A stretch of DNA of 64,000 nucleotides from Rebecca billardiae RCC1528. Taxonomy: Eukaryota; Protista; Haptophyta. The notes under the pieces were generated by a model. The model was not told where the DNA came from. It saw nothing but the letters and a program-made list of their open reading frames with translations, and ran no database searches. How positions within the stretch are numbered: the first letter of the stretch is position 1; the number at the start of each line of letters is the position of its first letter. The position numbers were made by a program, and so were the translations under genes. Location: positions 992,001 to 1,056,000 of the forward strand of contig OZ251235.1 of assembly GCA_965240325.2 (NCBI GenBank). The letters run 5' to 3'. Positions 31,501 to 43,013 of this stretch are shown here, piece by piece.

Positions 31501-34500
31501 GCCGCCAGCTGCGCAGCGTGCTGATCACCAGCGCGACCCACGCGCCCGCGCCGGTGGTGGCCGCGACGTACGCCCCGAGTGCGGCGCGCAGCGGCGAGCG
31601 GACCGCGAGTGCGGCGTGCATGCCGCTCGCTAGGACCGCGGCGGCGGTGGGCATCGGCTGGCGGGCGCGCACGGCCACGCCCACGCAGAGCGCGTCGGCC
31701 GCGCCGAGCGGCGCCCAGAACGGCGCGAGCGGCCAGCCGGAGACGCGCGCGGCGTACGGCACGAGCGCGAGCGCGGCCCACACGCCGACGAGCGTGCGCG
31801 CCCCGCTCACGCACAGCTCGCGCCCGCTCGGCGCCGCGCCGTCCGACTCCGCGTTGGCATGCGCTGAGGCGGAGGGCGCGGCTGGCGGAAGCCGCGCCGC
31901 GGCGAGTGCGCGCTCGCGCTCGCGCAGCGCGCTGTCCGCCGCCTGGCACGCGCCGAGCCCGACGCCCGCCGCCAGCAGCAGCCACAGGACGCCCACGAGC
32001 CGCTGCTGCTCGTCGCAGTGGAACTCCGTCGCAGGCTCTGCGCGCGCAGCCACCGGCGCGGCTCGCAGCGCAGCGTCACGCAGCGCGCCGCCCCGCTCGC
32101 GCTCGTGCGACTGCTTGCCGGTGGGGCTGCTGGAGAGGGGCCGCCCCTCGGGGCGCGCGTCGCGCCCGGCGGGCGGCTCTCGCGCGCCCTCGTCCGGGGG
32201 CACCGCCACCTCGAGCAGGCGCAGCTCCCGGGAGTGCTCTGCGTTGCTGCGCCCGCTCGCGATGCCGAGCAGCGCACCCGCCTCCGCGGTGACTGTGAGC
32301 ACCTCGCCGCCGCTCGGCCGGTCGGCCAGCACCAGCTCAAACGTCACGCCGAGGAAGCCATGCTGGTCGAGGGCGTCGAGACCGCCCGCCAGCTCGGCCG
32401 TACTCGCGCCGAGCGCCCAGCCGGCGGGCGTCGTGGACGACGCTTCGCTGGCACGGCGCCGCGTGCCGGCCTCCGCGCCAAGCGGCCCCGGTGGCGGCGC
32501 CGCTCGCAACCGCTCCGTGAGCCTCACATCTGTCAAGTTGGCGCGGCCGCCGCGGAGGGCAAAGGCGAAGTGCTCGGGCTCCGGAGGCTGCGCGCCGGGA
32601 CCGAGGACGGCCTCGCTGAAGTTGAGCAGCACGTGGTAGCTGTTCAGCAGCCGCGCGTCGAACACTGGGGGCGGCGCGGGCTCAGCCGGGAGGCTGCTGT
32701 TGAGCGAGCTCGGCGGCGGGGCGGGCGGAAGCGCGCTCGGCGGGGGCATTGCCGGTGGGCCCGGCGGCGGCGAGCTTGGGGGCGGCGACGGCGGCGATGT
32801 CGGCGTTGGAGGCGGCGGTGCGCCTGGTGGCGGGCTTGGCGGCGGGCTCGGCGGCGAGCTCGGAGGCGGTGACGGCGGCGGGGGGCTGGGCGCAGGCGGC
32901 GGCGGGGGCACGCCTGTGGCCGGTGGACTCTGCGTGCCAGGAGAGCTGGGCGGCTCGGCCGGCGGCGCGGCCGGCGGCGGCGTTGGGGGAGGCGCGGGCA
33001 GCGGTGCAGAGGGCGGCGGCACGCTCGGCGGGGGCGATGGCGGGTGCTCCAGCGGCGAGCTCGGGGGCGGCGACGGTGGCGACGTCGGCGTTGGCGATGG
33101 CGGTGCACCAGGTGGGGGGCTTGGCGGCGGGCTCGGCGGCGAGCTCGGCGGCGAGCTCGGCGGCGGCGACGACGGCGGAGGGCTGGGCGCGAGCGGCGGC
33201 GGGGGCGCGCCTGCGGCTGGCGGGCTCGGCAGGACGGGGCTCGGAGGGCTGGGCGGCACGCCCGGCGGCGCGGCCGCCGGTGGCGTTGAAGACGGCGGCG
33301 GGCTCAGCGATGGAGGTGGAGTGAAAGAGGAAGGCGGCGGGCTCGGCGGCGGGCTCGGCGGCGGGCTCGGCGGCGGGCCCGGCGAGGCGACGGGAGGCGA
33401 GCTCGGCGGTGGGCTTGGCTCCTCGTCTGGCGGAGGGCTTGGCGGCGGGGCCCGGGGGGTCGGGCTCGGCGGAACGCTCGGCGGAACGCTCGGCGGAACG
33501 CTCGGCGGCAGGTTCGGCGGAGTCGAAGGCGGGTCGCTGGGTGGTGCGCGCGGCGCGGGTCCGGCCTGCGGCGAGTGAGGCGGCGAGTGCGGCGGCGGAG
33601 AGATCGGCGAAGGCGAGGGCGGGGGCATGGGCGAGGCAGAGGGCGGGGGCACCCCCGGCGGAGGCGAGTACGGCGGCTCGTCTGCGTCCGGTGGAGGCGG
33701 CGGCGACGCAGGCGGCGGGGACAGTGGCGCGGGGGGCACGTCGGCACCCCCGGGTGGGCTGGACGGCCGCGCGCTCGGTGGCGAGACCGAAGGCGGAGAT
33801 GCCAACGGCGGTGGCGGCGGCGCGCTCGGCGGCGGCGGCGGTGGCGGGTAGGAGGGCACCGGAGCTGAGGTTGGAGGTGGGGTGTCGGGTGTCGGTGCTG
33901 CCGGCGGGAGCGCGGGGCCCGGCGGTGGGCCGGTTGGAGGGCCAGCCGGGGGCTCATGCGGAGGTGGCGAGCTAGGCGGTGGGTGTGCTGGAGGAGCTGA
34001 CATCGGAGGTGGTTGTGGCAGCGGTCGAGGCAGCTCGGCCGGCGGTGGGCTCGGCGCACCCGGCCACGCGGCAGGCGGCTCAGCAGGCGTCTCAGCGGGT
34101 GGCGTGGCGGGCGGTATGGCGGGCGGCTCAGCGGGTGGCGAGGCGGGTGGCGAGGCGGGTGGCGAGGCGGGCGGAGATGCGGGTGGCGTGGTGGGCGGCA
34201 TGGTGGGCGGCGAGGCGGGCGGCGTGGCGGGCGGCATGGCGGGCGGCGTGGCGGGTGGCTCAGCGGGTGGCGTGGCGGGCGGAGATGCGGGTGGCGAGGC
34301 GGGCGGCACTGCAGGCGGCTCAGCTGCCGGCTCGGCGGGCGGTGGCATGGCTGGTGGCACGGCTGGTGGCGCGGCAGGCGGCTCGGCGGGCGGCGCGGCA
34401 GGTGGCAAGCTGGGAGGCGCGTGCGGTGGCTGCAAGGGAAGCGCCGACGGCGGGCTGTGTGGCGGTGGCTGGTCGGGCACAGGGACTGGCGATGGCAGCG

Positions 34501-35236
34501 GTGGCTGTGATGTCAGCAAAGGCGGCGGAGCGGACGGAGGTGGGGTTGGCGACGACGACGGCGGCGGCGAGGGCGGCGAGGGCGACGGTGAGGACAGCGG
34601 TGCCGGCAAGGGTGGCGACGCGCTAGGCCCGGGCAGCGCATTGCCGAGCGGGCACGGCCACTCGTTGTGCATATTGTCGAGCAACGTCTTCACTCGCTCC
34701 ACCTCCGCCTGGAAGTCCTCAGGCGGCAGCTGCATCGCGTCCCCCACCATCGTGATCACCTCCGCCGCGGTGAGCGGGTAGTTCACGCCAGGGTGCTCCG
34801 CGTTGAGCACGGCCGCGATGGAGGTGCGCGAGAGCTGCCACCAGTTGTTGCCATTTGCATTCTCCCGCCGCGAGGCCTGCTGCATCAGCTCGTGCAGCTT
34901 CCACGCGCCGGCAGCGCCTGCGCGGTCGTGCCAGCCCGAGCCCGCCTCCGAGACCATGAAGTATGCATTGTACGCATTGGTGGGCGAGATGCCCGCCGGG
35001 CCCCACTGCGCGACGTGGTTCTTCCAGTAGCCGGGCGTGCATGCCTCGTGCACCTCCGAGGGCGCTGGAGTGCTGGGCGTGCACTGCACGTCACGCATCA
35101 TGACGAGGGACAGGGCCAATAATGGGACGGCACGGAAGCGAAGGCTCTCGCGTGATGCCCCGAAATGCCGTCGACGCTCCCGCGCGCGTTCGCTGCCCGC
35201 ATCCGTACGCGCTCTGGACGCGCGGCGCTGGGCCAT
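28583..35236 (-). CDS. Giant intronless surface/receptor-like membrane protein (2217 aa): signal segment, CTPGYWKNH domain, Pro-rich stalk, Ig-like domain, multiple TM helices, disordered tails
   Basis: Uninterrupted 6.65-kb ORF; [12 protein letters not shown] leader; ~650-aa PPS/PPA stalk; [17 protein letters not shown] beta domain; about 9 hydrophobic segments in two groups. Confidence 0.85.
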   Translation of the reverse strand: MAQRRASRARTDAGSERARERRRHFGASRESLRFRAVPLLALSLVMMRDVQCTPSTPAPSEVHEACTPGYWKNHVAQWGPAGISPTNAYNAYFMVSEAGSGWHDRAGAAGAWKLHELMQQASRRENANGNNWWQLSRTSIAAVLNAEHPGVNYPLTAAEVITMVGDAMQLPPEDFQAEVERVKTLLDNMHNEWPCPLGNALPGPSASPPLPAPLSSPSPSPPSPPPSSSPTPPPSAPPPLLTSQPPLPSPVPVPDQPPPHSPPSALPLQPPHAPPSLPPAAPPAEPPAAPPAVPPAMPPPAEPAAEPPAVPPASPPASPPATPPAEPPATPPAMPPATPPASPPTMPPTTPPASPPASPPASPPASPPAEPPAIPPATPPAETPAEPPAAWPGAPSPPPAELPRPLPQPPPMSAPPAHPPPSSPPPHEPPAGPPTGPPPGPALPPAAPTPDTPPPTSAPVPSYPPPPPPPSAPPPPPLASPPSVSPPSARPSSPPGGADVPPAPLSPPPASPPPPPDADEPPYSPPPGVPPPSASPMPPPSPSPISPPPHSPPHSPQAGPAPRAPPSDPPSTPPNLPPSVPPSVPPSVPPSPTPRAPPPSPPPDEEPSPPPSSPPVASPGPPPSPPPSPPPSPPPSSFTPPPSLSPPPSSTPPAAAPPGVPPSPPSPVLPSPPAAGAPPPPLAPSPPPSSPPPSSPPSSPPSPPPSPPPGAPPSPTPTSPPSPPPSSPLEHPPSPPPSVPPPSAPLPAPPPTPPPAAPPAEPPSSPGTQSPPATGVPPPPPAPSPPPPSPPPSSPPSPPPSPPPGAPPPPTPTSPPSPPPSSPPPGPPAMPPPSALPPAPPPSSLNSSLPAEPAPPPVFDARLLNSYHVLLNFSEAVLGPGAQPPEPEHFAFALRGGRANLTDVRLTERLRAAPPPGPLGAEAGTRRRASEASSTTPAGWALGASTAELAGGLDALDQHGFLGVTFELVLADRPSGGEVLTVTAEAGALLGIASGRSNAEHSRELRLLEVAVPPDEGAREPPAGRDARPEGRPLSSSPTGKQSHERERGGALRDAALRAAPVAARAEPATEFHCDEQQRLVGVLWLLLAAGVGLGACQAADSALRERERALAAARLPPAAPSASAHANAESDGAAPSGRELCVSGARTLVGVWAALALVPYAARVSGWPLAPFWAPLGAADALCVGVAVRARQPMPTAAAVLASGMHAALAVRSPLRAALGAYVAATTGAGAWVALVISTLRSWRQHGGRAKRDGLRSALDARAGADAVGQLRGLIGAGLVGVALSALALAKGADAAHCATPWEWSLAPLWALLLLLLLLRAPWRPAAATCCARAEPAPLAALHAAIEARLPARGVSGDGLADAVRELYQDYIRAGDDTLGDVGRVARVLSQALEQLPEELRTAKCHPAAADRGIVTPAADARDGPHATPLPPPPPPTRPRPAAAHAGAQLPPPGAPPYLSPRAAGADHPAPRRRALLLRPLSARPEPAAPTAAGVALVLGAPRGGQLPLPPVPASESRPRRGSEPWHSPRPGVAEFAPIAVRSRPAGSDLPSPRPRALGAGAGPGLGCESACSPAGLEHAELAAGRTLEGGLPWPRGGVCVPRPHAQPSPAEADGHSPRAPWCRAADASGGVLSSPLRRAAGGSDRRHRGSEPLGAPPGGTAQPLAAPYARAQERAHVLGEPPRLAQQPVRPRCACLPVGDSQIAACARAEFAGAAGADACAELRLSSERRASAAPALVARPGACAGEAAPGAAEAPAPWLCAAPLGRPTAGPDSALRPVTKPALELSPRPAQPAARPRLLAGADALIAVRDPTPATHATLSAADAESLLPVLERVLCSLRELGVHPAAERAQLQLLLGARRARRGVSWGEWARALGALSSLALIGVLAAFSEPIVTAADALIGGAEDLDATDAAQGPQELVLMLIAALALGAAARFVCMWRPEAPTAVAGVVRTHFPELDVAVAAQGIRTVDVRVTRRSRAPSHSGSSTAAPTPPGGASRADTQLSVGAVSRQSGSRRGSDAPGGRQQSSRRASDTPDDAASRSRQARSRRMSTALTDEIGGASVRVLMPARPPSPAHAQSGTPWGWTACDAFLPMTAARTDAGGAALDAPPSPQATRLPPLGLSPVQHAADSGEAQGAGQPPLSLCQQRSSSDTAASCGAQASSSECSPRRGLPAPGPCMRSRAARPEEVGLVGRPAEAPHKQLTQQCQCQCNL

Positions 35237-35429
35237 GGCGGCTCGTCGAGACGGGCCGTTTGTGTACGGGGCAGTCGGCTCAAGTGATGTGTCGTTTTCG
35301 CGCCCAGAGGAAAGTTCACTGGCGGTTTAGCTCCGTGTGGTTCGTCGCAACCAGGGCGGAGATCGCCGATCTCCTTTACCGTATTGTCATCCCCAAGGAG
35401 TGGAGTGGTGTCAACTGTCAAGGCGCTAC

Positions 35430-35728
35430 GCCGGTCTGTGGCCGAGTGGGAGTACTGGCGTGCTCTTGCGTCTGAGGTCATGGGTTCAAACCAGTTTCCA
35501 GGTCTCTCTTCGGAGAGCGTGCGATGAAGGATGGCGCGGCAACCTGCCACCTGCCGTGAGCCTTACGCACGTTAAAACAAATAAACTGTAGGTGTCTCCG
35601 GTCAACGGTGCAGTTTGAGGTTGGGTGAGGGTGGTGGTTGATTGGGGGCTGGCCAGGGTAGGGCTGGAGGCTTCGGCCGCCAGTCTGATCACCCGAAGCC
35701 CGTTATAAAGGGGAATTTATTATTATTA
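35430..35728 (+). mobile_element. tRNA-derived SINE-like element
   Basis: Pol III A box TGGCCGAGTGG (35439-35449), B box GGTTCAAACC (35483-35492); cUUCGg hairpins CTCTC-TTCG-GAGAG and GGC-TTCG-GCC; (TTA)n tail; 3' end repeated at 28463-28512. No TSD seen. Confidence 0.6.
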
Positions 35729-36316
35729 GTCTGAATGATGAGTACAGTATGATAGTACTCTTACTCTAGCTGTACCATGATAGATGCAGGACCCCGCGGC
35801 AGCGCGCGCGCAGTCGACCAAGTCGCGTGCCACACGCGCGCGGTCTTCTCAGCAAGCCTGTGCCGCCTTCAAGGTGGCGGCGCGCACGTGCGTGCTGCTC
35901 CAAGGTGGGAATGAGGCGACGCTGCAGAGGACGGCGCTCGGGGAACAGTCGCCGGACGCGGATTGCCGCGCACGGCTGCACGGCCGTGCACGGCGCGGGC
36001 CGCGAGCGCCGCGCCGATCCTCCGAGGACCGACTCGGCCTCGGACGCCCCGCCTCACGCCGTGCGCGGCCTCAGCGCCCTCCGCCGCTGACAGTACTCGC
36101 CCCGCACCGCTCGCACCGAGCTCCGAGGCAAACAGAGCCCGACCGACCTCGGCGGCTGTCCGGCCTGCTACTGTAACGTCCGCAAGTACGCCCTTGGTTG
36201 TGAGGAGTGACCGTTGGTCAGTGTCACGCACCCGGCTGACCAGTGACCACCCAGCGTCCAGCGACCGTGCTTTGGCGCGCCCCGGCCCGCAAGTGCCGCC
36301 CACCCTTGGCCTTGTC

Positions 36317-37621
36317 ATGGACGACGCTCGGGTGAAGCAGCTGCGCGACCTCAAGAGCCTCTGCGATGACGGGATGCTCGACGATGACGCCTTTCAACGC
36401 GTCAAGACATCCATCCTGGAGACGGGCGCGGGCATGGAGGCGTGGCGCGTGCGCCAGCTTCGCGAGGCGGCTGCGCTACACGACCAGGATATCCTCACCG
36501 ATCGCGACCTTGAGGACACGCGCGCTGTCATCCTGAGCGCGCCCGACGAGGACGCCGCGTCGCGTCCCCGCGGGTTCTCGACACCGATCTCCGTGCCGGC
36601 TTCCGCGAAGCGGCCCCGCGTGGACGCCCACCGTGATACGCCGGGTGCCCGGGCGGACGCGAGCGTGCCTGTCCCAAAGCAAGAAGGAGGCGGGCGTCCA
36701 ACCGCAACCCCGGCCCCCGCTGCCCAGGCCGGGCAGGGCACGAGCCCGAGCGCCGTCAGCACCACCGATCTGTCTGCCCCGGGCATTCGCTGTCTCTTCT
36801 CCCAGTCCGCTCCGACGGCCGCAGATCTCGTCTTCTGGCACCGCGAGCTCCACCGCCCGCGCGCGGGCACGTCGCCGCACACGGTGCGGTGGATTCGCTT
36901 CCGGAGCGGCGGCAAGGTGATCACCCAGAACCCGCTCAAGCAGAGCCACACGGGCGCGCGGGCGCGAGCCGGCGGCTGCATCACGTGGTGGCAGCCCAGC
37001 GCCGGGCGCTTCTTCCACCCGGTAGCCGCGCACCTCGAGAGCAAGACATGGGATGGGCCGGTCACGATCGTCAAGTTTGGTAGCGTGGGCAGCCAGGGGC
37101 AGCCCGTGCCTGCCAACGACCTCAACCTGCCCGTCAAGGACCCCACCTGCATGGTCCAGGCGTCGCTGCCCGCCCGCGAGCCAATCGCCTTTGACCGCGT
37201 GGAGCTCGCCAAGACTGGCCGCTCCGCGTGCAAGGCGTGCAACTACCCCATCCCACAGGGCTCCGTGCGCTTTGGCTTCACCACCTACTACCGCAACCGC
37301 GCCAACAAAAACTACGTGCACGCCGAGTGCGCGCTGCCCCGGCTCCAGGGCGGCCTCGACGCGGCCAAGCAGCTGGGCGGCTGGGATGCGCTGCCTGCGG
37401 CGGGCGTCGCCGCGGTCACCGAGGCGCACGCGAGAGCGGCAGGAGCGGACGCCGGCGGCCAGTCCGCGGCTGGCGACGACGATGATGACGGCGGCGACGG
37501 CGAGGACACGTCCGGCGTCGAAATCCTCGAGGAGCTCTCCCTGGACGAGGTGCTCGCCCGCCGGCAGGCGGCAGCGGAGCAGGACGGGCGCGTCGTGGAC
37601 CTCCTGGGCGCGGACGGGTGA
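36317..37621 (+). CDS. Protein with two SHOCT-like helical repeats, an uncharacterised central domain and a PARP-type zinc finger (434 aa)
   Basis: QLRDLKSLCDDGMLDDDAFQRVKTSIL / QLREAAALHDQDILTDRDLEDTRAVIL; RVELAKTGRSACKACNYPIPQGSVRFG..YVHAEC (C-x2-C...H-x2-C); acidic tail. Confidence 0.85.
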   Translation: MDDARVKQLRDLKSLCDDGMLDDDAFQRVKTSILETGAGMEAWRVRQLREAAALHDQDILTDRDLEDTRAVILSAPDEDAASRPRGFSTPISVPASAKRPRVDAHRDTPGARADASVPVPKQEGGGRPTATPAPAAQAGQGTSPSAVSTTDLSAPGIRCLFSQSAPTAADLVFWHRELHRPRAGTSPHTVRWIRFRSGGKVITQNPLKQSHTGARARAGGCITWWQPSAGRFFHPVAAHLESKTWDGPVTIVKFGSVGSQGQPVPANDLNLPVKDPTCMVQASLPAREPIAFDRVELAKTGRSACKACNYPIPQGSVRFGFTTYYRNRANKNYVHAECALPRLQGGLDAAKQLGGWDALPAAGVAAVTEAHARAAGADAGGQSAAGDDDDDGGDGEDTSGVEILEELSLDEVLARRQAAAEQDGRVVDLLGADG

Positions 37622-37723
37622 TGCCGCCGACAATGATGCTTGCTTCTGCTTGGATATTTATCGGTCCGCCGCGTCGTCGCCGTCGGTCATCGATGGGCGT
37701 AAGACAAGTTTCGCAAAATCGAC

Positions 37724-37729
<6 letters not shown>

Positions 37730-37801
<72 letters not shown>

Positions 37802-37810
37802 CTCTCTCTG
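37730..37810. repeat. (CT)n microsatellite
   Basis: Direct reading. Confidence 0.97.
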
Positions 37811-37983
37811 TACAGGCATCTTCTTAGGCTCAGCGCGCCATGGATTCATATTCGCCGTCTGCTCGAAGGCGGCGGGGACGACGAGTCACGAATCATTTAT
37901 TATTGCGCGCGCCGTATGAGCTGCTGGGCCGCAGCCTACGGCTACGGCCTCGGCCGGCGCAGTATATATATATAACTACATCA

Positions 37984-39317
37984 GGGTGAAAATCCCATTT
38001 TCTGGCCTGTCCGGACGGAAAATCCGGCTGCTCAGATCTGACCGGACTGGGACCCGGACAGCACAGTATCTAGGGACCAGACACTTTTACATCTTCGTTC
38101 TCTTCGGATTTGAGCATGGGGCGGCGCCCCATTTGCACAGTCAAAAGACCGCGGGTGTAAAAGCAACCGTTGTCGAGTTCGATGTAGCGGCTGGGCGAAT
38201 TAGTGAATTAAAAAAACAATTCACGAGACACTTGCGCCCACGGCCGCGATGGCGTGCGCCGTCCACCCACGACGGAGTCGTGGACGGACATCGCTACACA
38301 GCCTACGCGACAGGCGTTGTCGTGATCGAGGTGCCCGTGCCCGTTGTCGATAGCCAAACGATTGGCACGACGACCTGGCACCACATCCGCGTCAAGCGCG
38401 GCGAGGCCGTGGTCCAGCGCGTGTGCGGCAAGCTGGCCGATGTGCGGACGGCGTCGGGTGGCGCAGGGGCTCCTGCCGATGCTACCTGGCGGCTGCTGCG
38501 GGGCCTGCTGCCGTGGTCGAGCCTGGGGCAGAGGGTGAGTCAACCGCGGAGCAGCTCAACGCTTCCGAGATCGAGCTGCGCGCGGTCGGACCAGATGACG
38601 GCCCGCGGCCGTCCAAGCGCACACGCAAGGACGCCTGAGCACACGCGTTCAGTCCGAGCAAAGCCTGGTCGGCGTACGAGCGCGAGCCAGCTCAGACACG
38701 GCACGAGCGCACGCGTGACGGCTCGTACGATGAGCTCGTCGGCTTGGTCATCGGGCTGCTGTCGCTCGTCGCCTCGCTTGTCACGTCACACTCAGCTGAG
38801 CAGAGACATCACTCCCGCCGTTCAGCTGATCGACGAGGACGAGGCGGCCAAGGCGGCGGCGGCTCAAACGCCTGGAGGAGGAGCGCAGGAGGAGGATGAG
38901 CTCCCAGCGGTGAGCCTGTGGGGCCGCGCCGAGGCCAGGCACCGCGGCCAGCGGCTGCAGTCGCGGGTAGCTGCCGGACAGCAGCTCGGCGGCACACGCT
39001 CACTCATACGTCGATCCTCTTGCTCGAGAGTCGAGGCGGCGGGCAAGGTGCAGGCCGCACGCGAGCTTGCTGAGCGTGCGCAGGCCGAGCCGCAGCTGAG
39101 CCCCGAGGGTGCTCGGGACGCCGCGTGCGCAAGCAGGCCGCCTCGCAGCACTTGGTGCGTCGCATAATAACTACGCTGATACTACTACCCGAAAAAATTT
39201 CTTCGCACTGCGTGCGCTTTATTCCCTTTATTATTTTATTCATCCTTATTCGCGTATTAAATGCCGCTTTTCCGCCTCCCCAGTGCGGAAGTGCGCCAGA
39301 ACATGGGAATTCCACCC
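37984..39317. mobile_element. TIR-bounded degenerate DNA transposon (~1.33 kb), possibly hAT-like
   Basis: GGGTGAAAATCCCATTTTCTGGC (37984-38006) vs reverse complement of 39295-39317 GGGTGGAATTCCCATGTTCTGGC, 20/23 match; left end reads CAGGG; mosaic, decayed internal ORF. Confidence 0.6.
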
Positions 39318-40316
39318 ATCACTCTAAATAAGACTGCTACTGCTACTACCGAGTCGACGCCGCAGATTCACTGACAGACAGAGTCACTTATACTGCTACA
39401 GCAGCATGATCAGTTCACCGGATGACTAATTATAAGCAGAATGACCGCGTTCCGCGGTCCTTTCGTAGAACCAACGTAGTTAGGGGCCCGCGGTGCCGAC
39501 TCTCTAGTCTCTGTCGGCTGCTACTACTAAGAGCCATATGTACTTATTGTATCGTCATACGACGCTGTCTGTCATCTAATATTATATTATAGTCTGACCG
39601 TCGGTGCCAACCATGAACCAACAGTTCGCCTGTGTGAGCAGTGCCACTACTCACTCAGTTGCCGCCCACTCCGCGGGCCCGGGCTGCGGCCCGGGGGCCG
39701 AGCGAGGACTCTGGATCGCCGATGGCGATACCGATTACCGGGCCAGTCCGGCGATTTAACTACTGCCGCATGGGCCATGCCACGTCAAGCCTCATTAAGA
39801 GTCAAGGCTCCGGCTCGCAGCGGCACGTCGGCTTGCCTCGGCAACTCGGCCGGGGCCGATGGCGATGCCCGATGCCGATGGCGATGCCGATGGCAGCCCG
39901 GGGCCGCCACGCCCCGGACCGGAATGGCTGCGCGGCTAGTCCGCCGCGACCCCGGGGGCCGCCCGGCGCCAGCGGGGTGACGGCCAGCCCCGGAGGCGGT
40001 TGCGACCAGTCCCTCGAGTAAGTAACACTAATACCAGGCTCCTGACACCCGGCAATCGTTGTGAGTCGTCTGCGCCCGTTGCTAAGCTAGTGATTCGGAT
40101 TGACCGCGTCGTAGAACTTTCACAGCTGCCCGTGCCGTTTCCGTTTATGCCCGGGGCCTAGAGCTGAATTTCAGCCAATCGAGGCGCTGCGGCGGCGCGG
40201 CCTAGAACCGAGCTAGTTCGAGTATGATTGACCGATCCGGACAGCGGGCACTGAGAGCGGGCGCCAGTCAACGTCGGAGAAATCAATAAAACGGAGCCAC
40301 CGCACACCAAGACATG

Positions 40317-40590
40317 CACGTCGAGGTCGCCCGATCGCGCTCGGCTCCGCGGCGAGCCCCCGGCCCGGGCACTCGGCGTCGGACTGGAGCGGGCCTGCGC
40401 GCCGCGGCAGCGCGCGGCGCGCGGCGCGCAGCGCGCGGCGGGGACTGTCACTTGTCAGTCGTCTCAGACTCTGACCACTGACACGTCGAGGTCGTCATCG
40501 CGCTCGGCTCCGCGGCGAGCCCGCCGGGCACGGACTGGAGCGGGCCTGCCACGCCGCGGCAGCGAGCGGCGCGCAGCGCGGTGGCGGCGG
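40317..40590. repeat. Imperfect direct duplication (~165-bp period)
   Basis: CACGTCGAGGTCG..ATCGCGCTCGGCTCCGCGGCGAGCCC..CGGACTGGAGCGGGCCTGC occurs at ~40318 and ~40482. Confidence 0.8.
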
Positions 40591-41189
40591 CGCGGAGTCT
40601 CGGGGCAGCGCACGCGCAGGGTGCGTGAATGAATCTTGCAGCAGCTGCAGGTTGTGCGGCTCCGTCGAGCCCATCGTCGCGACGCGAAGGACAGTAGACG
40701 AAGACCAGCTTGAGTGAGCACGGCCTGCGAAGTGCCGGAGCGAGTCGACCGGGAACAGTCACGGGTCGCGAGTGCCACTCGCCCAGAAGCGACGTCTGCG
40801 TGGGGTGCGCGTCGGGCAGGCCCAAGAAGATGCGCAGCATCATGTTCAGGCCCACTAGGCCCAGCGCCTCGATCACCACCTGCTTCTTCGCTGTGTTGAT
40901 CATCTTCACTGCCGCGGTTCGCGCCGAGTTTGACTGGCGGCCGCACGCCCCGGCGGCGGGCGCGGCCCGTGTGCTCGCCGTCCTGACGCGGCGGCGGTCC
41001 TGGATGCACTGCGGCACCTGGCCTGAACCCGCGTGCCACGCCACGCGCCGCCGCCGGGCGAGGCGTCGGCGGCGGCCGCCTCCGCCGCCCACGCGGCACG
41101 TCGCGCCATCTGGTGCGACTCCGTGCGAGCACCACGGTCCTGAGCAACCGCTTCAAAATCAAATAGCCTGATCGAGTACCCCCATAAAT

Positions 41190-41491
41190 TAAGATCGAAT
41201 GGAGATAGATAGCGATTACGGTTATCTTTGTTTTGGCAATAATCAGAACTACACGACGAGATAATAGCGCGCGTTTACGGCGGTCTCCATTAGCGGTCGT
41301 AGCTCCCATAGCTCCAATTAAGGGTTTGGCTGGGATCCTTCGTTCGCGTAAGATCGAATGGAGATAGATAGTGATCACGGTTATCTCTGCTTCGGCAAGA
41401 ATCGAAACCAAACGAGATAATAGCGTTTACGGCGATCTCCATTAGGTCGTAGCTCCCGTAGCTCCAATTAAACGGTTTTGCTGGGATCCTT
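41190..41491. repeat. Imperfect tandem duplication (~159-bp period), AT-richer
   Basis: TAAGATCGAATGGAGATAGATAG...GCTGGGATCCTT occurs twice, starting at 41190 and 41349. Confidence 0.9.
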
Positions 41492-42797
41492 ATTATAACA
41501 AGTTTTTGACTCGAAACAATCAAACGTCACTCGGCAAACTCGTACTCCAGCATACACGAAAGACAGGAATACTCACTTGTTTCACCCCCGGGTATCTGAT
41601 CCCACGTCCGTCCATCGACATATGGCGAATTGGCGGGCGCGCTTATTTCGTCAATGCGTCTTGCTAATGCAGAGCAATGGGCCAATGTACCCCTCGAAAA
41701 AGCGAAAACTCACGACCCTCCAACAGCCCTTAAAATCGTCCCCCGTCCCCCTTTCTTTGATCAAAAGATCTTTTTGACAACGTAGTGAGGGCCCTCGGCG
41801 AGGGCTGCACGCTACGCGCTCCGCCCTGCACCGCGGGCCATAAGAGACGCGGCGACGCACATGCAGCTCACCAGGCCTCAGGCAACGAGATTGATGCGCC
41901 GAGTGACGCTGCCGCTATCTCGGAGGCGCTCAGACTGTCACCGACATCGCCCATGAAGCCGTCGCCGATGGGCGGTAGCGCCGTCGGAAGATTCAATGTT
42001 CAGCCGCCCGCCTGCGAGGCCTGGACGAGGCCGAGGGCTGCAGCCGCCTCGCGGCGTGCCATTAAGCACCCGTCGTCCTCGCCCCACCGTCGTCCACAAA
42101 AACGTCACACAGTGAAAATGATTCAAAATGTCGTCGTCCGAACTGTCCGACTGGGCGCCGATGCGACAGCACGCCGGCAGCAGGATGAGGAGTGTAGTAT
42201 GGAATGTGGAGCCCCAATGTCGGTTGGGGAGGGCGTGTAGGCTGCGGACTCAGTGAGTACTGTAGCCGACGCAGTGACGACCGGCTGGGCCGCCCGGCCC
42301 CGCGACCCGCCCGCCCGCCCGCCCGGGCCGGCGATCGGGTCCGGCGCCTGCTCGTGGCCGTGCTGCATCACACCATCGGTGACGCACGCTGGCGGAGCCT
42401 TAGCTGACCGTCACACACAGTTAGTCAGTCACTACGTTCAGCCTGCTCAGGCTCAGCCGGGTGGCGCCCGTCACTGTCAGCGCCGGCGGCACTCGATGAT
42501 GTAACTCACGCCGTAGCAGAGAATAGTGAATACGAGCTGCACTAGTATCCGGAGGGCTGCGGATGCCGGATAGCAGCGCAATAATATTATTTGCAATGGC
42601 AATAATATATATATATATAGCTAGATATTACGACGATATTATTGATGGTATACATGCGAGCCGCGCAGCGCAGGTAGATCGCGCTCCAGCAGCTCAAGGC
42701 CGCGCTCAAGCCATTCGATCGCGGTTCAGGCTATGCTCTGCCACCAGCGCCGACTTCGTTAAATCGTGTCGATGATCGGCCATCGGGCACTGCCGAC

Positions 42798-42848
42798 GAC
42801 GAATCAGGAGACCTGCGCCGTCCTACCTGTGTCGTTAAATCATAGAAT
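42798..42848 (+). repeat. Diverged terminal fragment of the CATAGAATT-ending family, opposite orientation
   Basis: GACGAATCAGGAGACCTGCGCCGTCCTACCTGTGTCGTTAAATCATAGAAT aligns to the reverse complement of 9074-9124. Confidence 0.75.
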
Positions 42849-43013
42849 GAGTATGTGCTCCAAGCAGACGACGACAATGACACCGGGAGCCGTAGCGCCA
42901 CCAGCCGGCAAGCCGCAGGCGGGCGCAGATAGAAGTGATCAGTGGCAGATTCAGCCGCCGGTCATGAGACCGTTCTGAAAGTCAAAGTGGCCGTCGGTCA
43001 GTGACAAGTCATG

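Larger units (their letters stand above)
39485..41839. mobile_element. Longer (~2.35 kb) decayed member of the GGCCCGCGGTGC-TIR family
   Basis: Left-type end GGCCCGCGGTGCCG at 39485-39498 (same as 257-270); right end ..CTGCACCGCGGGCC|ATAAG at 41839 (same as 590-608). Confidence 0.55.

Noticed and set aside
32700-34781. Gly-rich plus-strand ORFs resembling collagen or glycine-rich wall proteins
   Set aside because: They are the reverse complement of the polyproline stalk of the 2217-aa gene.
35432-35505. Functional tRNA gene
   Set aside because: A and B boxes are present but acceptor and T stems do not pair; treated as a SINE-like head.
37986-39167. 393-aa ORF as an intact gene or transposase
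   Set aside because: Starts at a non-ATG inside a TIR, has mosaic composition and no DDE or other catalytic motif; treated as decayed element interior.
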